A stretch of 64,000 nt of DNA from NCBI GenBank assembly GCA_964016885.1, contig OZ024741.1, forward strand, positions 255,006,001-255,070,000. The letters run 5' to 3'. Below the pieces are notes generated by a model. The model was not told the origin of the DNA and did not search any database. It saw only the letters and a program-made list of their open reading frames with translations. Each line of letters opens with the position of its first letter. Position 1 is the stretch's first letter. A program made the translations under genes and the position numbers. The stretch is from Eledone cirrhosa (Eukaryota). This document shows, piece by piece, positions 56,789 through 64,000 of this stretch.

Positions 56789-58143
56789 GTTTCGCTTTAC
56801 GAGTGTTTCGGCGTACGAGTGTTTCGACTTACGAGTGTTTTAACTTACGGTTGTTTCGACTTACGCGTTTATCGACTACGAATGTTCCGACTTACGAGTG
56901 TTTCGACTTACAAGTGTTTCGACTTACGAGTGCTTTGACTTACGAATCTTTTGACTTACATCGACTTACGAGTGATCTGACTTACGAGTGTTCCTACTTA
57001 CGAGTTTTTCGACTTACGAGTGTTTCGACTTGCGAGTGATTCGACTTACGAGTGTTTCGGCTTACGAGTGTTTCGGTGTTTCGGCTTACGTGTATTACGA
57101 CTTACGAGTGTAATGATTACGAGTGTTTCGGCTTATGAGTGTTTCGACTTACGAGTGCTTCGGCTTACGAGTGTTTCGACTTACGAGTATTTCGGCTTAC
57201 GAGTGTTTCGACGTACGAATGTTTTGGCTTACGAGTGTTTCGGCTTATGAGTGTTTCGACTTACGAGTGTTTCGACTTACGAGTGTTTCGGCTTACGAGT
57301 GTTACGAGTGTTCTGACTTACGAGTGTTTCGGCTTACGAGTGTTTCGACTTACGAGTGTTTTGATTACGGGTGTTTTGACATACGAGTGTTTCGATACGA
57401 GTGTTCTGACTTACGAGTGTTCTGACTTAAGAGTGTTTTGACTTACGAGTGTTCTGACTTACGAGTGTTCCGACTTACGAGTGTTCCGACTTACGAGTGT
57501 TTCGGCTCACGAGTGTTTCCGGCTTACGAGTGTTTCGACTTATGAGTGTTTCGACTTACGGGTGTTCCGACTTACGAGTGTTTCGACTTACGAGTGTTTT
57601 GACTTACGGTGTTTCGGCTTACGAGTGTTTCGACTTACGAGTGTTTTGACTTACGGGTGTTTTGACATACGAGTGTTTCGATACGAGTGTTCTGACTTAC
57701 GAGTGTTCTGACTTACGAGTGTTTTGACTTACGAGTGTTCTGACTTACGAGTGTTCCGACTTACGAGTGTTCCGACTTACGAGTGTTTCGGCTTACGAGT
57801 GTTTCCGGCTTACGAGTGTTTCGACTTCCGAGTGTTTTGACTTACGGTGTTTCGGCTTACGAGTGATTCGACTTACGAGTGTTTTGACTTACGGGTGTTT
57901 TGACTTACGGGTGTTGTGAATTACGAGTGTTCCGATTTACGAGTGTTTTGACTTACGGTGTTTCGGCTTACGAGTGATTCGACTTACAAATGTTTTGACT
58001 TACGGGTGTTTCGGCTTGCGAGTGTTTCGACTTACGAGTGTTTCGGCTTATGGGTGTTTCGACTTACTAATGTTTTTACTTACGAGTGTTTCGGCGTACG
58101 AGTGTTTTGACTTACGAGTGTTTCGACTTACGAGTGTTTCGGC

Positions 58144-60252
58144 TTACGTGAGTTTCGACTTAAGAGTGTTCTGATTTACGAGTGTTCTGACTTGCGGGTG
58201 TTCTGATTTACGAGTGTTCCGACTTACGAGTGTTTGTGCCAGTGCCAGTGTTATTGTTGCTGTTGTTGCTGTTTTCTGTGTCAGTGCCAGTGTTGTTGCT
58301 GTTTTCTGTGTCAGTGCCAGTGTTGTTGTTGCTGTTGTTGCTGTTTTCCGTGCCAGTGTTGTTGTAGTTGTTGCTGCTTTCTGTGTCAGTGCCGGTGTTG
58401 TTGTTGCTGTTTTCTCTGTCAGTGCCAGTGTTGTTGTTGTTGCTATTTTCTCTGTCAGTGCCTGTGTTGTTGTTGTTGCTGTTTTCTGTGTAAATGCCAG
58501 TGTTGTTGTAGTTGTTGCTGTTTTCTGTGTCAGTGCCAGTGTTGTTGTAGTTGTTGCTGTTTTCTGTGTCAGTGCCAGTGTTGTTGTAGTTGTTGCTGTT
58601 TTCTCTGTCAGTGCCAGTGTTGTTGTAGTTGTTGCTGTTTTCTCTGTCAGTGCCAGTGTTGTTGTAGTTGTTGCTGTTTTCTGTGTCTGTGCCAGTGTTG
58701 TTGTAGTTGTTGCTGTTTTCTGCGTCAGTGCCAGTGTTGTTGTAGTTGTTGCTGTTTTCTCTGTCAGTGCCAGTGTTGTTGTAGTTTTTGCTGTTTTCTC
58801 TGTCAGTGCCAGTGTTGTTGTAGTTGTTGCTGTTTTCTGTGTCAGTGCCAGTGTTGTTGTTGCTGTTTTCTCTGTCAGTGCCAGTGTTGTTTTAGTTGTT
58901 GCTGTTTTCTCTGACAGTGCCAGTGTTGTTGTAGTTGTTGCTGTTTTCTGTGTCAGTGCCAGTGTTGTTGTAGTTGTTGCTGTTTTCTCTGTCAGTGCCA
59001 GTGTTGTTGTTGTTGTTGCTGTTTTGTCTGTCAGTGCCAGTGTTGTAGTTGTTGCTGTTTTCTCTGTCAGTGCCAGTGTTGTTGTCGTTGTTGCTGTTTT
59101 CTGTGTCAGTGCCAGTGTTGTTGTTGTTGCTGTTTTCTGTGTCAGTGCCAGTGTTGTTGTTGCTATTTTCACTGTCAGTGCCAGTGTTGTTGCTGTTGCT
59201 GTTTTCTCTGTCAGTGCCAGTGATGTTGTAGTTGTTGCTGTTTTCTGTGTTAGTGCCAGTGTTGTTGTAGTTGTTGCTGTTTTCTGTGTCAGTGCCAGTG
59301 TTGTTGCTGTTGCTGTTTTCTCTGTCAGTGCCAGTGTTGTTGTAGTTGTTTCTGTTTTCTGTGTCAGTGCCAGTGTTGTTGTTGTTGCTGTTTTCTCTGT
59401 CAGTGCCAGTGTTGTTGTAGTTGTTGCTGTTTTCTGTGTCAGTGCCACTGTTGTTGTTGCTGTTTTCTGTGTCTGTGCCAGTGTTGTTGTTGTTGCTGTT
59501 TTCTCTGTCAGTGCCAGTGTTGTTGTAGTTGTTGCTGTTTTCTCTGTCAGTGCCAGTGTTGTTGTAGTTTTTGCTGTTTTCTGTGTCAGTGCCAGTGTTT
59601 TTGTTGTTGCTGATTTCTCTGTCAGTGCCAGTGTTGTTGTAGTTGTTGCTGTTTTCTCTGTCAGTGCCAGTGTTGTAATTGTTGCTGTTTTCTGTGTCAG
59701 TGCCAGTGTTGTTGCTGTTGTTGCTGTTTTCTGTGTCAGTGCCAGTGTTGTTGTTGTTGGTGTTTTCTGTGTCAGTGCCAGTGTTGTTGTTGCTATTTTC
59801 ACTGTCAGTGCCAGTGTTGTTGTAGTTGTTGCTGTTTTCTGTGTCAGTGCCAGTGTTGTTGTTGTGGCTGTTTTCTCTGTCAGTGCCAGTGTTGTTGTAG
59901 CTGTTGCTGTTTTCTGTGTCAGTGCCAGTGTTGTTGTAGTTGTTGCTGTTTTCTCTGTCAGTGCCAGTGTTGTAGTTGTTGCTGTTTTCTGTGTCAGTGC
60001 CAGTGTTGTTGTAGTTGTTGCTGTTTTCTGTGTCAGTGCCAGTGTTTTTGTTGTTGCTGTTTTCTCTGTCAGTGCCAGTGTTGTTGTAGTTGTTGCTGTT
60101 TTCTCTGTCAGTGCCAGTGTTGTTGTAATTGTTGCTGTTTTCTGTGTCAGTGCCAGTGTTGTTGCTGTTGTTGCTGTTTTCTGTGTCAGTGCCAGTGTTG
60201 TTGTTGTTGCTGTTTTCTGTGTCAGTGCCAGTGTTGTTGTTGCTATTTTCAC
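58144..60252 (-). CDS. Possible Thr-rich mucin-like repeat ORF ((Q/E)KTATTTTTLALT)n; coding status doubtful
   Basis: 702-aa ORF in the track with a GTG start inside a repeat unit. The last ~30 codons run into the 16-bp satellite. No non-repeat domain. Confidence 0.2.
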   Translation of the reverse strand: MKIATTTLALTQKTATTTTLALTQKTATTATTLALTQKTATITTTLALTEKTATTTTTLALTEKTATTKTLALTQKTATTTTTLALTQKTATTTTLALTEKTATTTTTLALTQKTATATTTLALTEKTATTTTLALTQKTATTTTTLALTVKIATTTLALTQKTPTTTTLALTQKTATTATTLALTQKTATITTLALTEKTATTTTTLALTEKSATTKTLALTQKTAKTTTTLALTEKTATTTTTLALTEKTATTTTLAQTQKTATTTVALTQKTATTTTTLALTEKTATTTTLALTQKTETTTTTLALTEKTATATTLALTQKTATTTTTLALTQKTATTTTSLALTEKTATATTLALTVKIATTTLALTQKTATTTTLALTQKTATTTTTLALTEKTATTTTLALTDKTATTTTTLALTEKTATTTTTLALTQKTATTTTTLALSEKTATTKTTLALTEKTATTTLALTQKTATTTTTLALTEKTAKTTTTLALTEKTATTTTTLALTQKTATTTTTLAQTQKTATTTTTLALTEKTATTTTTLALTEKTATTTTTLALTQKTATTTTTLALTQKTATTTTTLAFTQKTATTTTQALTEKIATTTTLALTEKTATTTPALTQKAATTTTTLARKTATTATTTLALTQKTATTLALTQKTATTATITLALAQTLVSRNTRKSEHPQVRTLVNQNTLKSKLT

Positions 60253-63200
60253 TGTCAGTGCCAGTGTTGTTGTAGTTGTTGCTGTTTTCTGTGTCAGTGC
60301 CAGTGTTGTTGTAGTTGTTGCTGTTTACTGTGTCAGTGCCAGTGTTGTTGTAGTTGTTGCTGTTTTCTCTGTCAGTGCCAGTGTTGTTGTAGTTGTTGCT
60401 GTTTTCTCTGTCAGTGCCAGTGTTGTAGTTGTTGCTGTTTTCTGTGTCAGTGCCAGTGTTGTTGTAGTTGTTGCTGTTTTCTGTGTCAGTGCCAGTGTTT
60501 TTGTTGTTGCTGTTTTCTCTGTCAGTGCCAGTGTTGTTGTAGTTGTTGCTGTTTTCTCTGTCAGTGCCAGTGTTGTTGTAATTGTTGCTGTTTTCTGTGT
60601 CAGTGCCAGTGTTGTTGCTGTTGTTGCTGTTTTCTGTGTCAGTGCCAGTGTTGTTGTTGTTGCTGTTTTCTGTGTCAGTGCCAGTGTTGTTGTTGCTATT
60701 TTCACTGTCAGTGCCAGTGTTGTAGTTGTTGCTGTTTTCTCTGTCAGTGCCAGTGTTGTTGTAGTTGTTGCTGTTTTCTGTGTCAGTGCCAGTGTTGTTG
60801 TTGTTGCTGTTTTCTCTGTCAGTGCCAGTGTTGTTGTTGTTGTTATTTTCACTGTCAGTGCCAGTGTTGTTGCTGTTGCTGTTTTCTCTGTCAGTGCCAG
60901 TGATGTTGTAGTTGTTGCTGTTTTCTGTGTTAGTGCCAGTGTTGTTGTAGTTGTTGCTGTTTTCTGTGTCAGTGCCAGTGTTGTTGCTGTTGCTGTTTTC
61001 TCTGTCAGTGCCAGTGTTGTTGTAGTTGTTGCTGCTTTCTCTGTCAGTGCCAGTGTTGTTGTAGTTGTTGCTGTTTTCTGTGTCAGTGCCAGTGTTGTTG
61101 TTGTTGCTGTTTTCTCTGTCAGTGCCAGTGTTGTTGTAGTTGTTGCTGTTTTCTGTGTCAGTGCCACTGTTGTTGTTGCTGTTTTCTCTGTCAGTGCCAG
61201 TGTTGTTGTAGTTTTTGCTGTTTTCTGTGTCAGTGCCAGTGTTGTTGTGGCTGTTTTCTGTGTCAGTGCCAGTGTTGTTGTTGTTGCTGTTTTCTCTGTC
61301 AGTGCCAGTGTTGTTGCTGTTGTTATTTTCACTGTCAGTGCCAGTGTTGTTGTTGTTGCTGTTTTCTGTGTCAGTGCCAGTGTTGTTGTTGTTGCTGTTT
61401 TCTTTGTCAGTGCCAGTGTTGTTGTTGTTACTGTTGCTGTTTTCTGTGTCAGTTCCAGTGTTGCTGTTGCTGTTTTCTGTGCCAGTGCCAGTGTTATTGT
61501 TGCTGTTGTTGCTGTTTTCTGTGTCAGTGCCACGGTTGTTGTTGCTGTTGTTGCTGTTTTCTGTGTCAGTGCCAGTGTTGTTGTTGCTGTTTTCTGTGTC
61601 AGTGCCAGTGTTGTTGTTGCTGTTGTTGCTGTTTTCTGTGCCAGTGTTGTTGTAGTTGTTGCTGTTTTCTCTGTCAGTGCCAGTGTTGTTGTTGCTGTTT
61701 TCTCTGTCAGTGCCAGTGTTGTTGTAGTTGTTGCTGTTTTCTCTGACAGTTCCAGTGTTGTTGTAGTTGTTGCTGTTTTCTGTGTCAGTGCCAGTGTTGT
61801 TGTAGTTGTTGCTGTTTTCTCTGTCAGTGCCAGTGTTGTTGTTGTTGTTGCTGTTTTGTCTGTCAGTGCCAGTGTTGTAGTTGTTGCTGTTTTCTCTGTC
61901 AGTGCCAGTGTTGTTGTCGTTGTTGCTGTTTTCTGTGTCAGTGCCAGTGTTGTTATTGTTGCTGTTTTCTGTGTCAGTGCCAGTGTTGTTGTTGTTGCTA
62001 TTTTCACTGTCAGTGCCAGTGTTGTTGCTGTTGCTGTTTTCTCTGTCAGTGCCAGTGATGTTGTAGTTGTTGCTGTTTTCTGTGTTAGTGCCAGTGTTGT
62101 TGTAGTTGTTGCTGTTTTCTGTGTCAGTGCCAGTGTTGTTGCTGTTGCTGTTTTCTCTGTCAGTGCCAGTGTTGTTGTAGTTGTTTCTGTTTTCTGTGTC
62201 AGTGCCAGTGTTGTTGTTGTTGCTGTTTTCTCTGTCAGTGCCAGTGTTGTTGTAGTTGTTGCTGTTTTCTGTGTCAGTGCCACTGTTGTTGTTGCTGTTT
62301 TCTGTGTCTGTGCCAGTGTTGTTGTTGTTGCTGTTTTCTCTGTCAGTGCCAGTGTTGTTGTAGTTGTTGCTGTTTTCTCTGTCAGTGCCAGTGTTGTTGT
62401 AGTTGTTGCTGTTTTCTGTGTCAGTGCCAGTGTTTTTGTTGTTGCTGTTTTCTCTGTCAGTGCCAGTGTTGTTGTAGTTGTTGCTGTTTTCTCTGTCAGT
62501 GCCAGTGTTGTTGTAATTGTTGCTGTTTTCTGTGTCAGTGCCAGTGTTGTTGCTGTTGTTGCTGTTTTCTGTGTCAGTGCCAGTGTTGTTGTTGTTGGTG
62601 TTTTCTGTGTCAGTGCCAGTGTTGTTGTTGCTATTTTCACTGTCAGTGCCAGTGTTGTTGTAGTTGTTGCTGTTTTCTGTGTCAGTGCCAGTGTTGTTGT
62701 TGTTGCTGTTTTCTCTGTCAGTGCCAGTGTTGTTGTAGCTGTTGCTGTTTTCTGTGTCAGTGCCAGTGTTGTTGTAGTTGTTGCTGTTTTCTGTGTCAGT
62801 GCCAGTGTTGTTGTTGTTGCTGTTTCCTCTGTCAGTGCCAGTGTTGTTGTAGTTGTTGCTGTTTTCTCTGTCAGTGCCAGTGTTGTTGTAGTTGTTGCTG
62901 TTTTCTGTGTCAGTGCCAGTGTTGTTGTAGTTGTTGCTGTTTTCTCTGTCAGTGCCAGTGTTGTTGTTGTTGTTGCTGTTTTCTCTGTCAGTGCCAGTGT
63001 TGTAGTTGTTGCTGTTTTCTCTGTCAGTGCCAGTGTTGTTGTAGTTGTTGCTGTTTTCTGTGTCAGTGCCAGTGTTGTTGCTGTTGCTGTTTTCTCTGTC
63101 AGTGCCAGTGTTGTTGTAGTTGTTGCTGCTTTCTCTGTCAGTGCCAGTGTTGTTGTAGTTGTTGCTGTTTTCTGTGTCAGTGCCAGTGTTGTTGTTGTTG

Positions 63201-64000
63201 CTGTTTTCTCTGTCAATGCCAGTGTTGTTGTAGTTGTTGCTGTTTTCTGTGTCAGTGCCACTGTTGTTGTTGCTGTTTTCTGTGTCAGTGCCAGTGTTGT
63301 TGTTGTTGCAGTTTTCTCTGTCAGTGCCAGTGTTGTTGTTGCTGTTTTCTCTGTCAGTGCCAGTGTTGTTGTTGTTGCTGTTTTCTGTGTCAGTGCCATT
63401 GTTATTGCGGTTGTTGCTGTTTTCTGTGTCAGTGCCAGTGTTGTTGTTGCTGTTGTTGCTGTTTTCTGTGTCAGTGCCAGTGTTGTTGCTGTTGCTGTTT
63501 TCGCTGTCAGTGCCAGTGTTGTTGTAGTTGTTGCTGTTTTCTCTGTCAGTGCCAGTGTTGTAGTTGTTGCTGTTTTCTGTGTCAGTGCCAGTGTTGTTGT
63601 TGTTGCTATTTTCACTGTCAGTGCCAGTGTTGTTGTTGTTGCTCTTTTCTGTGTCAGTGCCAGCGTTGTTGTTGTTGCTATTTTCACTGTCAGTGCCAGT
63701 GTTTTTGTTGTTGCTGTTTTCTCTGTCAGTGCCAGTGTTGTTGTAGTTGTTGCTGTTTTTTATGTCAGTGCCAGTGTTGTTGTAATTGTTGCTGTTTTCT
63801 GTGTCAGTGCCACTGTTGTTGCTGTTTTCTGTGTCAGTGCCAGTGTTGTTGCTGTTTTCTGTGTCAGTGCCAGTGTTGTTGTTGTTGCTGTTTTCTGTGT
63901 CAGTGCCAGTGTTGTTGTTGCTATTTTCACTGTCAGTGCCAGTGTTGTTGTAGTTGTTGCTGTTTTCTGTGTCAGTGCCAATGTTGTTGTTGTTGCTGTT
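58892..64000 (-). CDS. Alternative open frame, Asn/Asp-rich repeat (NNTGTD[T/R/S]ENSNNY)n, 5'-partial, ~1,700 codons; coding status doubtful
   Basis: Translated by eye: AAC AAC ACT GGC ACT GAC ACA GAA AAC AGC AAC AAC TAC. The first stop I found is TAA (plus-strand tta 58892-58894). No start codon seen in the window, which would explain its absence from the ORF track. Confidence 0.2.
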   Translation of the reverse strand, partial: NSNNNNIGTDTENSNNYNNTGTDSENSNNNTGTDTENSNNNNTGTDTENSNNTGTDTENSNNSGTDTENSNNYNNTGTDIKNSNNYNNTGTDRENSNNKNTGTDSENSNNNNAGTDTEKSNNNNTGTDSENSNNNNTGTDTENSNNYNTGTDRENSNNYNNTGTDSENSNSNNTGTDTENSNNSNNNTGTDTENSNNRNNNGTDTENSNNNNTGTDRENSNNNTGTDRENCNNNNTGTDTENSNNNSGTDTENSNNYNNTGIDRENSNNNNTGTDTENSNNYNNTGTDRESSNNYNNTGTDRENSNSNNTGTDTENSNNYNNTGTDRENSNNYNTGTDRENSNNNNNTGTDRENSNNYNNTGTDTENSNNYNNTGTDRENSNNYNNTGTDRGNSNNNNTGTDTENSNNYNNTGTDTENSNSYNNTGTDRENSNNNNTGTDTENSNNYNNTGTDSENSNNNTGTDTENTNNNNTGTDTENSNNSNNTGTDTENSNNYNNTGTDRENSNNYNNTGTDRENSNNKNTGTDTENSNNYNNTGTDRENSNNYNNTGTDRENSNNNNTGTDTENSNNNSGTDTENSNNYNNTGTDRENSNNNNTGTDTENRNNYNNTGTDRENSNSNNTGTDTENSNNYNNTGTNTENSNNYNITGTDRENSNSNNTGTDSENSNNNNTGTDTENSNNNNTGTDTENSNNDNNTGTDRENSNNYNTGTDRQNSNNNNNTGTDRENSNNYNNTGTDTENSNNYNNTGTVRENSNNYNNTGTDRENSNNNTGTDRENSNNYNNTGTENSNNSNNNTGTDTENSNNNTGTDTENSNNSNNNRGTDTENSNNSNNNTGTGTENSNSNTGTDTENSNSNNNNTGTDKENSNNNNTGTDTENSNNNNTGTDSENNNSNNTGTDRENSNNNNTGTDTENSHNNTGTDTENSKNYNNTGTDRENSNNNSGTDTENSNNYNNTGTDRENSNNNNTGTDTENSNNYNNTGTDRESSNNYNNTGTDRENSNSNNTGTDTENSNNYNNTGTNTENSNNYNITGTDRENSNSNNTGTDSENNNNNNTGTDRENSNNNNTGTDTENSNNYNNTGTDRENSNNYNTGTDSENSNNNTGTDTENSNNNNTGTDTENSNNSNNTGTDTENSNNYNNTGTDRENSNNYNNTGTDRENSNNKNTGTDTENSNNYNNTGTDTENSNNYNTGTDRENSNNYNNTGTDRENSNNYNNTGTDTVNSNNYNNTGTDTENSNNYNNTGTDSENSNNNTGTDTENSNNNNTGTDTENSNNSNNTGTDTENSNNYNNTGTDRENSNNYNNTGTDRENSNNKNTGTDTENSNNYNNTGTDTENSNNYNTGTDRENSNNYNNTGTDTENSNSYNNTGTDRENSHNNNTGTDTENSNNYNNTGTDSENSNNNTGTDTENTNNNNTGTDTENSNNSNNTGTDTENSNNYNTGTDRENSNNYNNTGTDREISNNKNTGTDTENSKNYNNTGTDRENSNNYNNTGTDRENSNNNNTGTDTENSNNNSGTDTENSNNYNNTGTDRENSNNNNTGTDTENRNNYNNTGTDRENSNSNNTGTDTENSNNYNNTGTNTENSNNYNITGTDRENSNSNNTGTDSENSNNNTGTDTENSNNNNTGTDTENSNNDNNTGTDRENSNNYNTGTDRQNSNNNNNTGTDRENSNNYNNTGTDTENSNNYNNTGTVRENSNN
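60325..63687 (-). CDS. Possible Thr-rich mucin-like repeat ORF, same frame as 58144..60252; coding status doubtful
   Basis: 1120-aa ORF in the track, ended by a single AAA>TAA change at 60325-60327. The upstream in-frame piece ends in TAA at 63760-63762. Confidence 0.2.
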   Translation of the reverse strand: MKIATTTTLALTQKRATTTTLALTVKIATTTTLALTQKTATTTTLALTEKTATTTTTLALTAKTATATTLALTQKTATTATTTLALTQKTATTAITMALTQKTATTTTLALTEKTATTTLALTEKTATTTTLALTQKTATTTVALTQKTATTTTTLALTEKTATTTTLALTQKTATTTTTLALTEKAATTTTTLALTEKTATATTLALTQKTATTTTTLALTEKTATTTTLALTEKTATTTTTLALTEKTATTTTTLALTQKTATTTTTLALTEKTATTTTTLALTEETATTTTLALTQKTATTTTTLALTQKTATATTTLALTEKTATTTTLALTQKTATTTTTLALTVKIATTTLALTQKTPTTTTLALTQKTATTATTLALTQKTATITTTLALTEKTATTTTTLALTEKTATTKTLALTQKTATTTTTLALTEKTATTTTTLALTEKTATTTTLAQTQKTATTTVALTQKTATTTTTLALTEKTATTTTLALTQKTETTTTTLALTEKTATATTLALTQKTATTTTTLALTQKTATTTTSLALTEKTATATTLALTVKIATTTTLALTQKTATITTLALTQKTATTTTTLALTEKTATTTTLALTDKTATTTTTLALTEKTATTTTTLALTQKTATTTTTLELSEKTATTTTTLALTEKTATTTLALTEKTATTTTTLAQKTATTATTTLALTQKTATTTLALTQKTATTATTTVALTQKTATTATITLALAQKTATATLELTQKTATVTTTTLALTKKTATTTTLALTQKTATTTTLALTVKITTATTLALTEKTATTTTLALTQKTATTTLALTQKTAKTTTTLALTEKTATTTVALTQKTATTTTTLALTEKTATTTTLALTQKTATTTTTLALTEKAATTTTTLALTEKTATATTLALTQKTATTTTTLALTQKTATTTTSLALTEKTATATTLALTVKITTTTTLALTEKTATTTTLALTQKTATTTTTLALTEKTATTTTLALTVKIATTTLALTQKTATTTTLALTQKTATTATTLALTQKTATITTTLALTEKTATTTTTLALTEKTATTKTLALTQKTATTTTTLALTQKTATTTTLALTEKTATTTTTLALTEKTATTTTTLALTQ

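Larger units (their letters stand above)
1..58235 (+). repeat. 16-bp satellite DNA array, consensus GACTTACGAGTGTTTC, ~3,600 head-to-tail monomers, runs off the left edge
   Basis: Read directly: continuous gacttacgagtgtttc with recurring variants (ttttga, ttctga, ttccga, ttcggc, tacggg, tatgag, tactaatgttttt) and 14/15/17-bp length variants. No inversion seen. Confidence 0.99.
58236..64000 (+). repeat. 30-42 bp minisatellite, consensus GTCAGTGCCAGT(GTT)nGTAGTTGTTGCTGTTTTCT(G/C)T, roughly 155 units, runs off the right edge
   Basis: Read directly. Unit length varies by GTT triplets. Internal higher-order copies at offsets of about 1680 and 2832-2835. Confidence 0.98.

Noticed and set aside
40-58174. 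The many plus-strand ORFs of the type YECFDLRVFRLTSVST
   Set aside because: A stop-free 16-bp monomer gives the same 16-aa cycle in all three frames. The ORFs overlap, mostly start at GTG/TTG within monomers, and are constantly frameshifted by 14/15/17-bp variants.
1-58235. CRISPR array
   Set aside because: Monomers are directly adjacent with no unique spacers, the only inserts are six copies of one sequence, and there are no cas genes.
1-58235. Long telomerase-made repeat like those of some yeasts
   Set aside because: There is no G-run in the consensus, the variants are inherited in kb-scale blocks (a recombination signature), and the T/G-richer strand ends at an internal junction.
1-58235. 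Hammerhead ribozyme satellite (minus strand has GUC and CGAAAC)
   Set aside because: The CUGANGA core and three helices are absent, and a 16-nt unit is too short.
58234-58914. Cys-rich plus-strand ORF (CQCQCCCSCCCFL) resembling metallothionein or keratin-associated proteins, and poly-Leu plus-strand ORFs further on
   Set aside because: These are alternative-frame readings of the (GTT)n-rich minisatellite. The Cys frame is broken by TGA (58912, 59221) and the Leu frame by frequent TAG.

Overview
The window contains two abutting tandem-repeat arrays and no recognisable conventional gene; it looks like eukaryotic heterochromatin (inference). (1) 1-58235 is a CpG-rich 16-bp satellite, consensus GACTTACGAGTGTTTC (~3,600 monomers, one orientation). 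Its variant monomers form nested higher-order duplications (653, 861, ~3.5k, ~6.56k, 9446, ~9.8k and ~28-29k offsets). It is interrupted only by six copies of one 68-69 bp AT-rich cassette, which on the minus strand looks like a polyadenylation signal. (2) 58236-64000 is a 30-42 bp (mode 36-39) trinucleotide-based minisatellite that holds one codon phase for 5.8 kb. The minus-strand Thr-rich frame has two internal stops, while a second minus-strand Asn-rich frame missing from the ORF track appears open for ~1,700 codons. The many plus-strand ORFs in 1-58 kb are artefacts of the 16-bp period. Every functional interpretation below is a hypothesis.
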